NCBI GenBank assembly: GCA_010024385.1
Contig: RGHD01000002.1
Location: forward strand, 5,567 to 69,566
Length of the DNA: 64,000 bases
Source of the DNA: Actinomycetota bacterium
GTDB lineage: Bacteria > Actinomycetota > Actinomycetes > Nanopelagicales > Nanopelagicaceae
Direction of reading: 5' to 3'
The notes under the pieces are model-generated. The model was not told the origin of the DNA. It ran no database searches and saw only the letters and a program-made list of their open reading frames with translations. Numbering within the stretch: position 1 is the stretch's first letter; each line of letters starts with the position of its first letter. Below are positions 8,963 through 19,905 of the stretch, piece by piece. A program made the translations under genes and the position numbers.

Positions 8963-9768
8963 TGTGGCATGTGGCTTTTGCAGAACTACGCAAACTGCGT
9001 CGCCCAACGTTGTTTTTTGGAACTATGGGTGCAGTTGTATTCTTCAGCGCACTCTTTTCTTCACTCTTATTTCTACTGATTGATTCACCACAGGGAAATT
9101 CTGATCGTGGACGTACCATTGGCCGGGAAGTACTAGGACTAGCAACAGGTGGGGTTCAGGGATTTAGCAATGTAGGTGGATTTTTAGGAATCATCGCCCT
9201 CTGTGTCTTTGCCGCGCAAACTGCGCAGGAATATACCTATGGGACTCTTCGTAATTTATTAGTTCGACAACCTGGACGTCTGCGTATTTTGCTCGGCAAA
9301 TTCATTGCGATGAAGTTGTTTGCTTTGCTCATGATTGTTTTATCAGCCTTTATCAGTATCGGTGCCTCTGTGATTTTGGCCCCAGGGGCCGAAGTCTCAA
9401 CAGATCTTTGGTTTGGTGCCGATGGCCGCCATGCAATTTTGACAACCTTTGTTAACGTCACAATTTCAGTTATTGGCTTTGGAACTATTGGAATGGTGCT
9501 TGGTTTGCTTCTTCGATCACCTATCAGTGCAATTTCACTTGGTGTTTTATGGTTACTAATCGTTGAAAACCTATTAATCGCAGTTAAAAACTCTTGGGAA
9601 AAGTGGTTGCCAGGTGCGCAGTTGAATGCAATCGCAACTGGTGGGGGTCCAACTGGACGTTCAGAAGGAATCGAATTTTCACAGGCACTTCTAGTTGGTG
9701 GAATCTATGTTGCAATTGGGGTAACGGTTGCATCATTCCTGTTTGTCCGACGTGATGTAGCTAATTAG
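8962..9768 (+). CDS. ABC-2 type transporter permease
   Basis: This 268-aa ORF has about 6 TM segments. It is coupled to the ATPase gene by a TAATG overlap. Confidence 0.75.
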   Translation: MWHVAFAELRKLRRPTLFFGTMGAVVFFSALFSSLLFLLIDSPQGNSDRGRTIGREVLGLATGGVQGFSNVGGFLGIIALCVFAAQTAQEYTYGTLRNLLVRQPGRLRILLGKFIAMKLFALLMIVLSAFISIGASVILAPGAEVSTDLWFGADGRHAILTTFVNVTISVIGFGTIGMVLGLLLRSPISAISLGVLWLLIVENLLIAVKNSWEKWLPGAQLNAIATGGGPTGRSEGIEFSQALLVGGIYVAIGVTVASFLFVRRDVAN

Positions 9769-9843
9769 AGACACCAGCACTTAAACACATGGTTTTCTAA
9801 AGAACACCAATTATTATTAAGGCCTTCCCCCGGAGGTCTTAAC

Positions 9844-11046
9844 TTGAAAAAATACCGAGCGATTTCACTCGCTCTTGCCCTAGGTCTGACGCTTACAACA
9901 GCGCCGGCTGTAGCAAAGACCCCCAAACCAACATTGGCTGAAATTGAAGCTGCAAAGAAAGTCGAAGCTGCAAAGAAAAAAGCTGCTGATGCCCAGGCTG
10001 CAAAATTAGCCAAAGCTAATCAGAGTCTTAGAGCATTAACTGCAAAAGCAAATGCTGCAACTGCTCTATATGTGAAAGCTCAAAGAGAATTAGCAGTGGC
10101 GGTGGCAGCTGCGCGTGCTGCAGCACAATATGCAGCCGAAACTGCTGCATCTGTTTCAGAAGCACATCAAGTTATTGGACGACTTGCAACAAATGCTTAC
10201 ATTATGGGTGGAAGTATGACCGACATTGAACCGCTTCTTAGTTCAAATGGGCCACAAGACTTAATAGATCAATTAAGTACATTAAGTAACTTAGGAACAA
10301 AGAATTCAATTGCACTCGACCGCTTTAAAGCGGCGGAAATAGTTGCACGAGCCGCAAAAAAAGCCGCAGATGATGCAAAGCTTGTCCAACAACAAGCGAC
10401 AGAAAAAGTTGCTGCTGCCAAGAAAGTAGCAGATGATGCAAAGGCTGAACAGGCAGAAGAAGTTGCGAAGTTACAAAAAGTGCAGGACGCTCTAATGAAA
10501 GAGTTGATGAGTGCTAGAAAAGTTAGGACAACGTTAGAGCAACAGAGGCAGTTAGCTCTGCTTGAAGAATCTCAAGCAAATCAAGCTACCCAAACACCAG
10601 GACAAAAGAGTGTGTGGCCAGATATTGGCTTTAAGGGACGATCGACAATTAGAACTACACAAGCAGAGCGAGATAAGGCTGTGGCTTTTGCTAAAGCCCA
10701 AGTTCTTGCAAGAAAGCCTTACGTCTGGGGATCCGAGGGGCCAAATACTTTTGACTGCTCTGGTTTAGTTTATGCAGCTTATAAATCTGCAGGTCTGGGA
10801 TGGCCAAATTGGGACCGTCTTAACTCAGCGCTGTATTCGGGCTATACAAAGCATGTTTCACTCAATGAATTGGTGCCAGGTGATCTTTTGTTCTATTCCT
10901 ATAAAGGCACAATCTCAACAATTCATCACATCTCTATTTACGCTGGAAACGGCATGATGTGGGAGGCCAACTCCAAAGATAAAGGCCTTTTGTTCTCAAG
11001 CATTTACAGCGTTAAGGGTTTAATGCCATTTGGTGGTCGGGTCTAG
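9844..11046 (+). CDS. Secreted NlpC/P60 peptidoglycan endopeptidase with long N-terminal coiled coil (RipA/RipC-like)
   Basis: It has a signal peptide (..TAPAVA|K) and an Ala/Lys/Gln-rich coiled-coil half. The catalytic Cys lies in 'FDCSGLVYAAY' and the catalytic His in 'HHISIYAGNG'. GGAGG (9832-9836) sits 7 nt before the TTG start. Confidence 0.85.
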   Translation: MKKYRAISLALALGLTLTTAPAVAKTPKPTLAEIEAAKKVEAAKKKAADAQAAKLAKANQSLRALTAKANAATALYVKAQRELAVAVAAARAAAQYAAETAASVSEAHQVIGRLATNAYIMGGSMTDIEPLLSSNGPQDLIDQLSTLSNLGTKNSIALDRFKAAEIVARAAKKAADDAKLVQQQATEKVAAAKKVADDAKAEQAEEVAKLQKVQDALMKELMSARKVRTTLEQQRQLALLEESQANQATQTPGQKSVWPDIGFKGRSTIRTTQAERDKAVAFAKAQVLARKPYVWGSEGPNTFDCSGLVYAAYKSAGLGWPNWDRLNSALYSGYTKHVSLNELVPGDLLFYSYKGTISTIHHISIYAGNGMMWEANSKDKGLLFSSIYSVKGLMPFGGRV

Positions 11047-11055
11047 TCTTAAGGC

Positions 11056-12006
11056 ATGAGTTCCCAGCTGCCAGCTATTCGCAGTGCAGTTCGCCCCTTC
11101 CTAGAAAAGATGGAAGCTGGCGATCGCATCGTCGTTGCGGTTTCAGGTGGGGCAGATTCTTTAGCTCTTGCCTACGCACTCTCACAAGAAGTTAAGAAGT
11201 TAGCAATTCAACTTTCTGCAGTAACAATTGATCATCAACTTCAAAGTAAATCTGGTGAGCAAGCAAACCAAGTTGTGGAACAAATGAAGAAACTCAATCT
11301 TGAATGTAGTGTTGTGAAAGTTAATATTGAAATCACAGAGGGTTTAGAAGCATCAGCTCGTAAGGCCCGATATGTTGCATTAGATAGTTTGCAGGCCGAT
11401 GCGATTTTCTTAGGTCACACTCACAATGATCAGGCTGAAAGTGTTTTACTTGGTCTTGCGCGAGGTTCGGGTACACGATCACTTTCAGGTATGGCAGAAG
11501 TAAATGGAAGATACATTCGACCTTTTCTTGCAATTACTCGTGAACAAACCGAAAGCGCTTGCAGTGAAATTGGTTTAACTCCATGGAATGATCCACACAA
11601 TAAAGATTCACAATTTGCCAGAGTGCGGGTGCGCATGCAGGCACTTCCAGTTTTAGAAGAAACAATTGGTCCAGGAATTTCAGATGCATTAGTTCGTAGC
11701 TCGCAGTTACTAAGAGATGATGCAGATGCCCTTGATCAATGGGCAGAAGAAGAGATTGTTGGATTAGATCTTCATGATTTAGATTGTTCCTACTTACAAG
11801 CTCTGCCTAGAGCCATCCGATCTCGAATTATCCGCCGAGCCATTTATGCCACTGGCGCCCCATCAGGATCTCTCACAGCTGAGCATGTGGGCGCAGTTGA
11901 GGCCCTGATTTGTGCGTGGAATGGCCAAGGCCCCGCTCATTTACCCGGCGGTGTGAAGGTTGAGCGTTTTTCGGGCAGACTTTCGCTCTCACGTCACCAA
12001 CCATAG
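11056..12006 (+). CDS. tilS: tRNA(Ile)-lysidine synthase
   Basis: It has the PP-loop '[12 protein letters not shown]' and lies immediately upstream of hpt-ftsH, as in other actinobacteria. Confidence 0.9.
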   Translation: MSSQLPAIRSAVRPFLEKMEAGDRIVVAVSGGADSLALAYALSQEVKKLAIQLSAVTIDHQLQSKSGEQANQVVEQMKKLNLECSVVKVNIEITEGLEASARKARYVALDSLQADAIFLGHTHNDQAESVLLGLARGSGTRSLSGMAEVNGRYIRPFLAITREQTESACSEIGLTPWNDPHNKDSQFARVRVRMQALPVLEETIGPGISDALVRSSQLLRDDADALDQWAEEEIVGLDLHDLDCSYLQALPRAIRSRIIRRAIYATGAPSGSLTAEHVGAVEALICAWNGQGPAHLPGGVKVERFSGRLSLSRHQP

Positions 12007-12014
12007 GGAGCACC

Positions 12015-12566
12015 GTGGATTTAGCAGCAATCTCAGGCGATATCGAACGCGTCATCGTCACCGAAGAAGCTTTGCAAGCACGCATTAAAGAACTTGCTGC
12101 ACAGATTGATAAAGATTACGAAGGTAGAGACCTTCTGCTTGTCGGTGTATTAAAAGGGGCTGTAATGGCTGTTGCCGATCTTTCACGTGCACTTCAACGT
12201 CATGTTGAAATGGATTGGATGGCTGTTTCTTCATATGGTTCAGGAACCAAATCAAGTGGAGTCGTTCGAATCTTGAAGGATTTAGATCGCGACATCACTG
12301 GCCGCAATGTTTTAATTGTCGAAGATATTGTTGATTCTGGTTTAACGCTTTCTTGGCTTAAATCAAATCTTGAATCACGTGGTGTTGGAAGCGTTGAAAT
12401 TCTCTCAATCTTGAGAAAACCAGAAGCTGCAAAAGTTCATGTGGATGTTAAATATGTAGGATTTGAAATTCCACCTGATTTCGTAATCGGTTACGGACTA
12501 GATTTTGATGAAAAATATCGCAACCTTCCATTTATTGCTGTGCTTGCCAAGCACATGTATTCATAA
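12015..12566 (+). CDS. hpt: Hypoxanthine phosphoribosyltransferase
   Basis: It has the PRPP-binding motif '[14 protein letters not shown]' and the conserved tilS-hpt-ftsH order. Confidence 0.9.
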   Translation: MDLAAISGDIERVIVTEEALQARIKELAAQIDKDYEGRDLLLVGVLKGAVMAVADLSRALQRHVEMDWMAVSSYGSGTKSSGVVRILKDLDRDITGRNVLIVEDIVDSGLTLSWLKSNLESRGVGSVEILSILRKPEAAKVHVDVKYVGFEIPPDFVIGYGLDFDEKYRNLPFIAVLAKHMYS

Positions 12567-12600
12567 GAATTCATTCCCCACGAAACGAGACAATTAAGTT

Positions 12601-14649
12601 ATGACTGACGCTAAGAAATCAAAGAAGAAGAGTCCGGTAAAGAAGAGTTTTTCCGGCAAAGCTCCTTCTAAGAAGCCAACAACTCGTTCTGGCCGTATTC
12701 TTCGCGGACCATTGTTTTGGATTCTTGTTGCAATACTTGGCGTTTCAGTCTTTGGTCAGATTAGCGCTGCAGGAAATCGCTATACGCAAATCGAAACCTC
12801 ACAAGCACTTGATGCAATTGCACGTTCTTCAGTTGAGTCAGCAGTCATTGTTGATAAAGATCAAAAGATTCGCTTAATACTTAAGCCAAGTTCTCCTATT
12901 AATGGTGCAACAAAGGTGGAAGCCTCATACGTGGCTCGCCAAGAACCCACGGTTATCGATGCTTTGACAGCTAATCCACCTTCAAAAGGCTGGAATGTAA
13001 AGGTCCCATCACAGTCATTACTAGTTTCATTCTTGATGTCGATCGTTCCTTTCTTACTCATTGGATTCCTTTTCTTCTGGATGATGAGCCAGGCTCAAGG
13101 TGGAAACAGGGTATTCCAATTTGGAAGATCGAGAGCAAAACTTCAAAGTAACGATGTTCCAAAAACAACATTTAAAGATGTCGCTGGCGCTGAAGAAGCA
13201 ATTGCTGAACTTGATGAGATTAAGGATTTTCTAGCTAACCCAGATAAGTACGGCGCATTAGGCGCAAAAATTCCAAAGGGTGTTTTGCTCTTTGGTCCTC
13301 CAGGAACAGGTAAGACTCTTCTTGCTCGCGCAGTTGCCGGGGAAGCAAATGTTCCTTTCTATTCAATCTCAGGATCTGATTTCGTAGAAATGTTTGTTGG
13401 TGTTGGTGCAGCACGTGTCCGTGATCTTTTCAATCAAGCCAAAGAGAACGCGCCTGCAATTGTTTTCGTAGATGAAATTGACGCCGTCGGTCGCCAGCGT
13501 GGTGCGGGTATGGGTGGCGGTCATGATGAGCGCGAACAAACCCTCAACCAGTTACTAGTTGAGATGGATGGCTTTGAAGAAAATACTAAAGTTATTTTGA
13601 TTGCTGCAACTAACCGACCAGATGTTTTGGATCCTGCTCTGCTTCGTCCAGGGCGCTTTGATCGCCAAATTGCTGTTGATCGTCCAGATCTCAAAGGACG
13701 TGAAGCAATTCTTGCCGTGCACGCAAAGGGCAAACCATTAAGTGATGGTGTCAAGCTTTTGGATTACGCACGCCGCACGCCAGGATTTACTGGAGCAGAT
13801 CTTGCTAACGTCCTAAACGAAGCAGCTTTGCTTACAGCGCGTGAAGAGAAGAAGTTAATTACTAACAAAGAACTTGATGAGTCAATTGATCGCGTCATGG
13901 CTGGACCACAGCGTAAATCGAGGATAATGAGTGATTCTGAGCGTCGAGTAACGGCGTATCACGAGGCAGGCCATGCACTTGTTGCACATGCTTTGCCACA
14001 TACAGATCCAGTCCACAAAATAACAATCATGCCTCGCGGTCGCGCTCTTGGTTACACCATGGTGCTACCTGATGAGGATAAGTACTCAACCACTCGCAAT
14101 GAACTATTGGACCAATTGGCATATTCATTGGGTGGTCGCGCAGCGGAAGAATTGATTTTCCATGATCCTTCAACTGGTGCATCAAATGATATTGAAAAGG
14201 CAACTGCGCTTGCCCGTGCGATGGTCACACAGTATGGAATGACTGAAGCAATTGGTGCAATCAAACTTGGTGGTGGAAGTTCTGAGCCGTTCATGGGTCG
14301 TGACTACGGACACCAACGCGACTATTCAGAAAACATTGCTGCTGTTGTTGACCGCGAAGTTCGCACACTTATTGAAAATGCTCATCAAGAAGCCTTCGAT
14401 ATTTTGGTTGCAAATCGCAAGATTCTCGATGAGATGGTTTTAGAACTACTTGAAAAGGAAACTCTCAACAAGGACGATATTGCCGTTATCTTTAAAAAGG
14501 TTCGTGCAGTAACACCGCGTCCAGCCTGGACAGGTTCACCTACTCGAATTCCTTCAGCGCAACCTCCGGTTGAAGTTCCCGAGAGAATTGTTGAAGTTGA
14601 AGCAAAGAAGCCGACTCGTCGAAAGAAGTCTGTAAGTGACGATAAGTAA
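12601..14649 (+). CDS. ftsH: ATP-dependent zinc metalloprotease FtsH
   Basis: It has two N-terminal TM segments, Walker A 'GPPGTGKT', Walker B 'IVFVDEIDA', the SRH '[19 protein letters not shown]' and the zinc site 'HEAGHA'. Confidence 0.97.
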   Translation: MTDAKKSKKKSPVKKSFSGKAPSKKPTTRSGRILRGPLFWILVAILGVSVFGQISAAGNRYTQIETSQALDAIARSSVESAVIVDKDQKIRLILKPSSPINGATKVEASYVARQEPTVIDALTANPPSKGWNVKVPSQSLLVSFLMSIVPFLLIGFLFFWMMSQAQGGNRVFQFGRSRAKLQSNDVPKTTFKDVAGAEEAIAELDEIKDFLANPDKYGALGAKIPKGVLLFGPPGTGKTLLARAVAGEANVPFYSISGSDFVEMFVGVGAARVRDLFNQAKENAPAIVFVDEIDAVGRQRGAGMGGGHDEREQTLNQLLVEMDGFEENTKVILIAATNRPDVLDPALLRPGRFDRQIAVDRPDLKGREAILAVHAKGKPLSDGVKLLDYARRTPGFTGADLANVLNEAALLTAREEKKLITNKELDESIDRVMAGPQRKSRIMSDSERRVTAYHEAGHALVAHALPHTDPVHKITIMPRGRALGYTMVLPDEDKYSTTRNELLDQLAYSLGGRAAEELIFHDPSTGASNDIEKATALARAMVTQYGMTEAIGAIKLGGGSSEPFMGRDYGHQRDYSENIAAVVDREVRTLIENAHQEAFDILVANRKILDEMVLELLEKETLNKDDIAVIFKKVRAVTPRPAWTGSPTRIPSAQPPVEVPERIVEVEAKKPTRRKKSVSDDK

Positions 14650-15238
14650 AATCTCAGTGACCGATGGTCGCGCTTCAGGTCCTTATGACCAAGCGCGCGC
14701 TGAAAAAGCTGTGCGCGAACTACTTCTTGCATTGGGTGAAGATCCAGATCGTGAAGGCTTAAAAGAAACTCCGGCGCGCGTTGCCAGGGCGATGAAGGAA
14801 AACTTTGAAGGCCTATGGCAATCGCCAGAAGATGTCTTAACCACAACTTTTGACATTGGCCATGAAGAGCTAGTAATTGTGCGCGATATTGAGGTTTTTT
14901 CACACTGTGAACACCACCTAACTCCTTTCCATGGTGTTGCTCATGTTGGGTACATTCCTAGCGGAAAAATCACTGGGCTTTCCAAGATTGCCCGTTTAGT
15001 AGATATGTATTCACGCAGACCACAAGTGCAAGAGCGTCTGACAACACAGATTGCTGATGCGATGGTCGAGATCTTGAACCCACTGGGTGTAATTGTGATT
15101 ATTGATTGCGAGCACTTGTGTATGTCAATGCGAGGAGTTAAAAAATCCAATTCACGCACAACAACAAGTGCCGTGCGCGGAGTATTACAAAATACTGCAA
15201 CGCGTGCTGAAGCGATTAGCTTAATTACCAATCGGTAA
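14636..15238 (+). CDS. folE: GTP cyclohydrolase I
   Basis: It contains '[13 protein letters not shown]' (zinc/active site) and 'RPQVQERLT'. The GTG at 14636 overlaps the ftsH end, and GTG 14657 is an alternative start. Confidence 0.93.
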   Translation: MTISKISVTDGRASGPYDQARAEKAVRELLLALGEDPDREGLKETPARVARAMKENFEGLWQSPEDVLTTTFDIGHEELVIVRDIEVFSHCEHHLTPFHGVAHVGYIPSGKITGLSKIARLVDMYSRRPQVQERLTTQIADAMVEILNPLGVIVIIDCEHLCMSMRGVKKSNSRTTTSAVRGVLQNTATRAEAISLITNR

Positions 15239-15243
15239 AGACC

Positions 15244-15999
15244 ATGATTGTCATGGGTATTTTAAATGTCACACCAGATTCTTTCGCTGATGGTGGACGC
15301 CATAATGATTTTGAAGCTGCAGTAAATCGTGGACAAGAAATGTTGGCTGAGGGCGCTGACATCATTGACATTGGTGGTGAATCAACTAAGCCAGGCGCCG
15401 ATCGGGTTTCAGAGGAAGAAGAACTTGTTCGTGTCATCCCAGTAGTAAAAGAATTAGCAAAAGCTGGTGCACAAATTAGCATCGACACAATGCGAGCAAG
15501 TACTGCAAAAGCTGCAATTGAAGCTGGTGCTCAATTTATTAATGATGTCAGCGGCGGTTTAGCTGATCCGGATATGTTGCCAACAGCAGCTCACCTAGGT
15601 GTGCCATATATAGCCATGCATTGGCGTGGGCACTCTAAAGATATGAATTCACGGGCAGTGTATGGCGATGTAGTCAAAGATGTTATTTCAGAGATACAAG
15701 AGAGAATCAGTGCAGCTTTAGTTGCTGGAATTACTAAAGACAAGTTGATAATTGATCCAGGTATAGGTTTTGCCAAAGATGCCCATCACAACTGGGAAAT
15801 CATTGATTCCATTGATAAATTCGTTGACCTTGGATATCCGGTATTAATCGGGGCATCGCGCAAGCGCTTTCTTGGCGGAGACAACCCCGATGAGCGCGAA
15901 GCAGCAACTATCGAGCTAACTAAACGCTTATCCACCTCAGGCATTTGGGGAGTTAGAGTTCACTCTGTGAAACCTCACAAGGAAGTTCTTAACTCATGA
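15244..15999 (+). CDS. folP: Dihydropteroate synthase
   Basis: It has the pterin-binding motifs 'VMGILNVTPDSFADGG' and 'DIGGEST', plus the C-terminal 'GASRKRF'. Confidence 0.93.
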   Translation: MIVMGILNVTPDSFADGGRHNDFEAAVNRGQEMLAEGADIIDIGGESTKPGADRVSEEEELVRVIPVVKELAKAGAQISIDTMRASTAKAAIEAGAQFINDVSGGLADPDMLPTAAHLGVPYIAMHWRGHSKDMNSRAVYGDVVKDVISEIQERISAALVAGITKDKLIIDPGIGFAKDAHHNWEIIDSIDKFVDLGYPVLIGASRKRFLGGDNPDEREAATIELTKRLSTSGIWGVRVHSVKPHKEVLNS

Positions 16000-16358
16000 G
16001 CGATCAGATATTTCTAACTGGCATTGCAGGTTTTGGATATCACGGTCTCTTTGATCATGAGCGACAAAATGGTCAGGATTTCTTTGTTGATGTTGCATTG
16101 ACGTTAGATTTAGCCGCTGCCTCTAAAAACGATGAAATTAGCGACACCGTCAATTATGCAGAGATTACCAACTTAGTAGTAACTCACATCACCACTGAAC
16201 CAGTTAACTTAATTGAGAAATTAGCTGGTCGTATTGCAGATCAGATTCTTAAAGATCACTCTAAAGTTTTAGTAGCTACAGTCACAGTTCATAAGCCACA
16301 AGCGCCAGTAGATGCCGTGCTTAAGGATATTGCCGTGCAGGTCACGCGTAAGCGATGA
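15996..16358 (+). CDS. folB: Dihydroneopterin aldolase
   Basis: At 120 aa it is the right size. It contains 'GYHGLFDHERQNGQDFFVD' and sits between folP and folK with 4-nt overlaps. Confidence 0.85.
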   Translation: MSDQIFLTGIAGFGYHGLFDHERQNGQDFFVDVALTLDLAAASKNDEISDTVNYAEITNLVVTHITTEPVNLIEKLAGRIADQILKDHSKVLVATVTVHKPQAPVDAVLKDIAVQVTRKR

Positions 16359-16804
16359 AGGCAGTTATTGCACTTGGTGCAAATATTGGCAATCCAAGAG
16401 AAAATCTAGATATCGCTATCGCTCTGTTGAAAGAAGCGACTGATTTTCAAAGCGTCTCTTCTTATCACTCCACAGCACCTATTGGTGGGCCAGAGCAACC
16501 TGACTATCTCAATGCCGTATGTATTGTTGAAAGTGAATTACCCGCAAAAGATTTTCTTTCACTATTGCATGGTATTGAAAAATCAATGGGGCGAGAGCGA
16601 ATTGAACGCTGGGGACCAAGAACTATTGATTTAGATCTGATTCAATATGGTTCACTATTAAGTAAAAGTGATGAGCTAGAACTGCCACACCCTCGGGCAC
16701 ATGAGCGCCGCTTTGTTTTAGAGCCTTGGTTTGAAATAGAACCCGATGCCATCCTGCTTACACATGGGAAAATAAGCCAGCTTTTGGAACAATTGCCTAA
16801 GTAA
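16355..16804 (+). CDS. folK: 2-amino-4-hydroxy-6-hydroxymethyldihydropteridine diphosphokinase (HPPK)
   Basis: It contains 'RWGPRTIDLDLI' and 'LPHPRAHERRFVLEP', which are typical of HPPK. Confidence 0.88.
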   Translation: MKAVIALGANIGNPRENLDIAIALLKEATDFQSVSSYHSTAPIGGPEQPDYLNAVCIVESELPAKDFLSLLHGIEKSMGRERIERWGPRTIDLDLIQYGSLLSKSDELELPHPRAHERRFVLEPWFEIEPDAILLTHGKISQLLEQLPK

Positions 16805-16855
16805 GCTTAAACTTGTCACATCTAGCCCGGTACCTGAGAGGACTGGAGCCACACG

Positions 16856-17611
16856 ATGACTGTATTAGTGCCAACTATGGGTGCCTTGCATAAAGGCCAC
16901 CAAGCGTTGATTAAGCGTGCTCGCAGTATGAGCAAAGAAGTTGTCGTGAGTATTTTTGTTAACCCACTTCAATTTGAAAATGCAGATGATCTTAAAAACT
17001 ATCCACGAAGTCCTGAAAGAGATATCCAGTTAGCAACTTTGGCAGGTGCCACAGAAGTGTGGATGCCTGAATATGAAGAGATTTATCCAACTGAGATTAA
17101 GAAGTTAAGTGCAGGCCCATTGGGAAAGCTTTATGAAGGCCAATCACGTCCGAATCATTTTGATGGTGTTGTAACAATTGTTAATCGATTATTTGAAATT
17201 GTTAAACCAGATTCAGCAGTCTTTGGAGAAAAAGACTTTCAACAACTAGCAATCATCAAGTCCATGAAGAGCAAAGTGGAGATTGTTGGCGTGCCAACTG
17301 TTCGCGAATTCGATGGTCTTGCCCTGTCTTCTCGCAATGTGCGTTTAAGTGAAAGTGGACGAATTAGTGCCAATGTTATTCACCGTGCTTTGGCTGCAGC
17401 TCATCTAGCCCCTAGTGTGGTAATTGCCCAAGAGATAATTGATTCAACACTTGCTACTGAGGCAAGCTTTAAAAAGGACTATGCAGCAATTATTGATGAA
17501 GATTCATTTGAAATAGCAAGTAATCAAACTCGCAATAAACGCGCAATTGTCGCGGGCTGGATAGATGGAGTTCGATTGATCGACAACATGAAAATGGGAG
17601 AGGGGCGTTAA
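16856..17611 (+). CDS. panC: Pantoate--beta-alanine ligase (N-terminally short form)
   Basis: The HIGH-type motif 'PTMGALHKGH' is at residues 6-15. It also contains 'FGEKDFQQL' and 'ALSSRN'. An in-frame TGA at 16835-16837 excludes a longer N-terminus. Confidence 0.88.
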   Translation: MTVLVPTMGALHKGHQALIKRARSMSKEVVVSIFVNPLQFENADDLKNYPRSPERDIQLATLAGATEVWMPEYEEIYPTEIKKLSAGPLGKLYEGQSRPNHFDGVVTIVNRLFEIVKPDSAVFGEKDFQQLAIIKSMKSKVEIVGVPTVREFDGLALSSRNVRLSESGRISANVIHRALAAAHLAPSVVIAQEIIDSTLATEASFKKDYAAIIDEDSFEIASNQTRNKRAIVAGWIDGVRLIDNMKMGEGR

Positions 17612-18376
17612 GTGTTATTAACTATTGACGTAGGTAATACCAATACCGTGCTAGGAGTTTTCAAAGGGGATGAATTAGTGCGCTCATGGCGCGTTAAAAC
17701 AGATCCTCGCAGCACAGCGGATGAACTCTGGCTTCAATACCGCTCACTTGTGGATGGCTATGAAATTACCGGCTTATCAGTGTGTTCAACTGTTCCAGCA
17801 ACTTTGCGCGAGCTTCGTTCCATGATTGATGACTACTTCTCAGATACACGAGTAACAATTGTTGAACCAGGAGTCAAAACAGGCGTGCCACTACTAGTTG
17901 ATAACCCAAAAGAGATTGGCGCTGACAGAATTGTTAATACATTGGCTGCGCATACTCTTTTTGGTGGTCCAGCAATTGTGGTTGATTTTGGTACTTCTAC
18001 TAATTTGGATGTTGTTTCACCTAAAGGTGAATTCCTAGGAGGTGCACTTGCCCCAGGAATCGAGATCTCTGTTGATGCTCTAGCTGCTCGCGCTGCACAA
18101 CTTCGTAAAGTTGAATTAGTTCGCCCAAAGAATGTAATTGGTAAGAACACAGTTGAAGCTCTTCAATCCGGAACAATCTTTGGTTTTGCCGGACAAGTTG
18201 ATGGATTAGTCGATCGTATTTCAGCTGAACTTCTTGAAAGCTATTCACAAGCGCCAACTGTCATCGCCACAGGTGGCTTAGCCCCGCTGATAATTGGTGT
18301 TTCTGAAACTATCGACCATCATGAGCCAGATTTAACGCTCATTGGCCTTCGTTTGATTCACGAACGAAATGCCTAA
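17612..18376 (+). CDS. coaX: Type III pantothenate kinase
   Basis: It has the ASKHA phosphate-1 motif 'LLTIDVGNTNT' and 'VVDFGTSTN'. The GTG start comes directly after the panC stop. Confidence 0.88.
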   Translation: MLLTIDVGNTNTVLGVFKGDELVRSWRVKTDPRSTADELWLQYRSLVDGYEITGLSVCSTVPATLRELRSMIDDYFSDTRVTIVEPGVKTGVPLLVDNPKEIGADRIVNTLAAHTLFGGPAIVVDFGTSTNLDVVSPKGEFLGGALAPGIEISVDALAARAAQLRKVELVRPKNVIGKNTVEALQSGTIFGFAGQVDGLVDRISAELLESYSQAPTVIATGGLAPLIIGVSETIDHHEPDLTLIGLRLIHERNA

Positions 18377-18397
18377 CTCGGTAGACTTCCCCTCATT

Positions 18398-19903
18398 ATG
18401 AGCACAGAGAACACACCTATTGATGAGGACCTGCCAGAGCAGCTTCGCATCCGCCGTGAAAAGCGTGCTTCGTTACTAGAAGGTGGAACTGAGCCATATC
18501 CAGTCTCTGTTCCAAGAACCAAAACTTTAAAAGAAATACGTGAAAAGTACTCAGCTCTTGAAATCGATGTTTCCACAGGTGATATCGAATCCTTAACTGG
18601 TCGTATTATCTTTAAGCGCGATACAGGAAAGCTTTGTTTTGCAACCCTTCGCGAAGGCGACGGAACTGAACTACAAGCAATGTTCTCACTTGATAAAATT
18701 GGTCAAGAATCAATTGACTCCTGGAAATCAGATATTGATTTAGGAGACATTGTTTCTGTTACCGGTGAAATCATTACATCAAAGCGTGGCGAACTCTCTA
18801 TTCTTGCTAACTCATGGATGTTAGCCTCTAAATCTCTTCGTCCACTTCCAAATGATCACAAACCAATGTCTGAAGAGACTCGTGTTCGCATGCGTTATGT
18901 GGATTTGATTGTTCGACCTGAAGCGCGCAGTAATGCACGTTTGCGTCCGCAGGTCATGCGATCACTTCGCGAAACTTTCCATAACCAAAACTTTATTGAA
19001 GTGGAAACACCAATGCTGCAGGTTATGCATGGTGGGGCTACTGCTCGACCATTTAAATCTTTCTCTAACGCTTATGACATGGATCTTTACTTACGTATTG
19101 CTCCCGAACTATTCCTCAAGCGCTGTGTTGTTGGCGGAATAGAGCGCGTATTTGAAATCAACCGAAATTTCCGCAATGAAGGTGCTGACTCTTCTCACTC
19201 ACCAGAGTTTGCAATGATCGAGAGCTATCAGGCATATGGTGACTGGCGCAGCATCGCTGACCTAACTCGTGAGCTAGTTCAAAACGCTGCAATGGCAGTT
19301 GCCGGTTCACACGTTGTTACCCACCATGATGGTCGCCAAGTAGATCTAGGTGGAAAGTGGCGTGAAATATCCTTATACGACGCTATCTCTGAAGGCGTTG
19401 GCCAAAGTGTTACCGCTCTTACCCCCGTAGATGAACTAAAAACGATTGCCACAAAGCTTGGAATGAAGATTGATCCAAAGTGGATTACAGGCAAGTTAGC
19501 TGAAGAAATCTTTGAGCATGTTGCTAAAGATCAGTTGATTGCGCCCACTTTTGTGATGGGTTTCCCAGTTGATACATCTCCGCTTGTTCGCGCGCATCGC
19601 GATATCCCTGGTGTGGCAGAAAAGTGGGATCTCTATGTTGATGGTTTTGAATTAGCAACTGGTTACTCAGAGTTAATTGATCCAGTTATTCAGAGAGATC
19701 GCTTAATTGAGCAGGCAACACTTGGTGCTAAGGGTGATCTTGAAGCTATGCAAGTAGATGAGGATTTCTTGCGTGCTATGGAGTTTGGAATGCCACCTAT
19801 GGGCGGAATGGGAATGGGCGTTGATCGTTTGTTAATGGCGCTGACTGGACTTGGAATTCGCGAGACTATTTTGTTCCCATTAGTAAAGCCTGAGGTTGAA
19901 TAA
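18398..19903 (+). CDS. lysS: Lysine--tRNA ligase (class II)
   Basis: It has an OB-fold N-domain and class II motifs: '[14 protein letters not shown]' and '[12 protein letters not shown]'. Confidence 0.95.
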   Translation: MSTENTPIDEDLPEQLRIRREKRASLLEGGTEPYPVSVPRTKTLKEIREKYSALEIDVSTGDIESLTGRIIFKRDTGKLCFATLREGDGTELQAMFSLDKIGQESIDSWKSDIDLGDIVSVTGEIITSKRGELSILANSWMLASKSLRPLPNDHKPMSEETRVRMRYVDLIVRPEARSNARLRPQVMRSLRETFHNQNFIEVETPMLQVMHGGATARPFKSFSNAYDMDLYLRIAPELFLKRCVVGGIERVFEINRNFRNEGADSSHSPEFAMIESYQAYGDWRSIADLTRELVQNAAMAVAGSHVVTHHDGRQVDLGGKWREISLYDAISEGVGQSVTALTPVDELKTIATKLGMKIDPKWITGKLAEEIFEHVAKDQLIAPTFVMGFPVDTSPLVRAHRDIPGVAEKWDLYVDGFELATGYSELIDPVIQRDRLIEQATLGAKGDLEAMQVDEDFLRAMEFGMPPMGGMGMGVDRLLMALTGLGIRETILFPLVKPEVE

Positions 19904-19905
19904 GA

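Noticed and set aside
9769-9843. I considered a possible ydaO/c-di-AMP riboswitch upstream of the NlpC/P60 hydrolase gene, which is a common arrangement in Actinobacteria.
   Set aside because: The intergenic region is only 75 nt, too short for the >100-nt ydaO fold. I saw no pseudo-two-fold ACGR/CCGA-type conserved elements. The region contains just a GGAGG SD.
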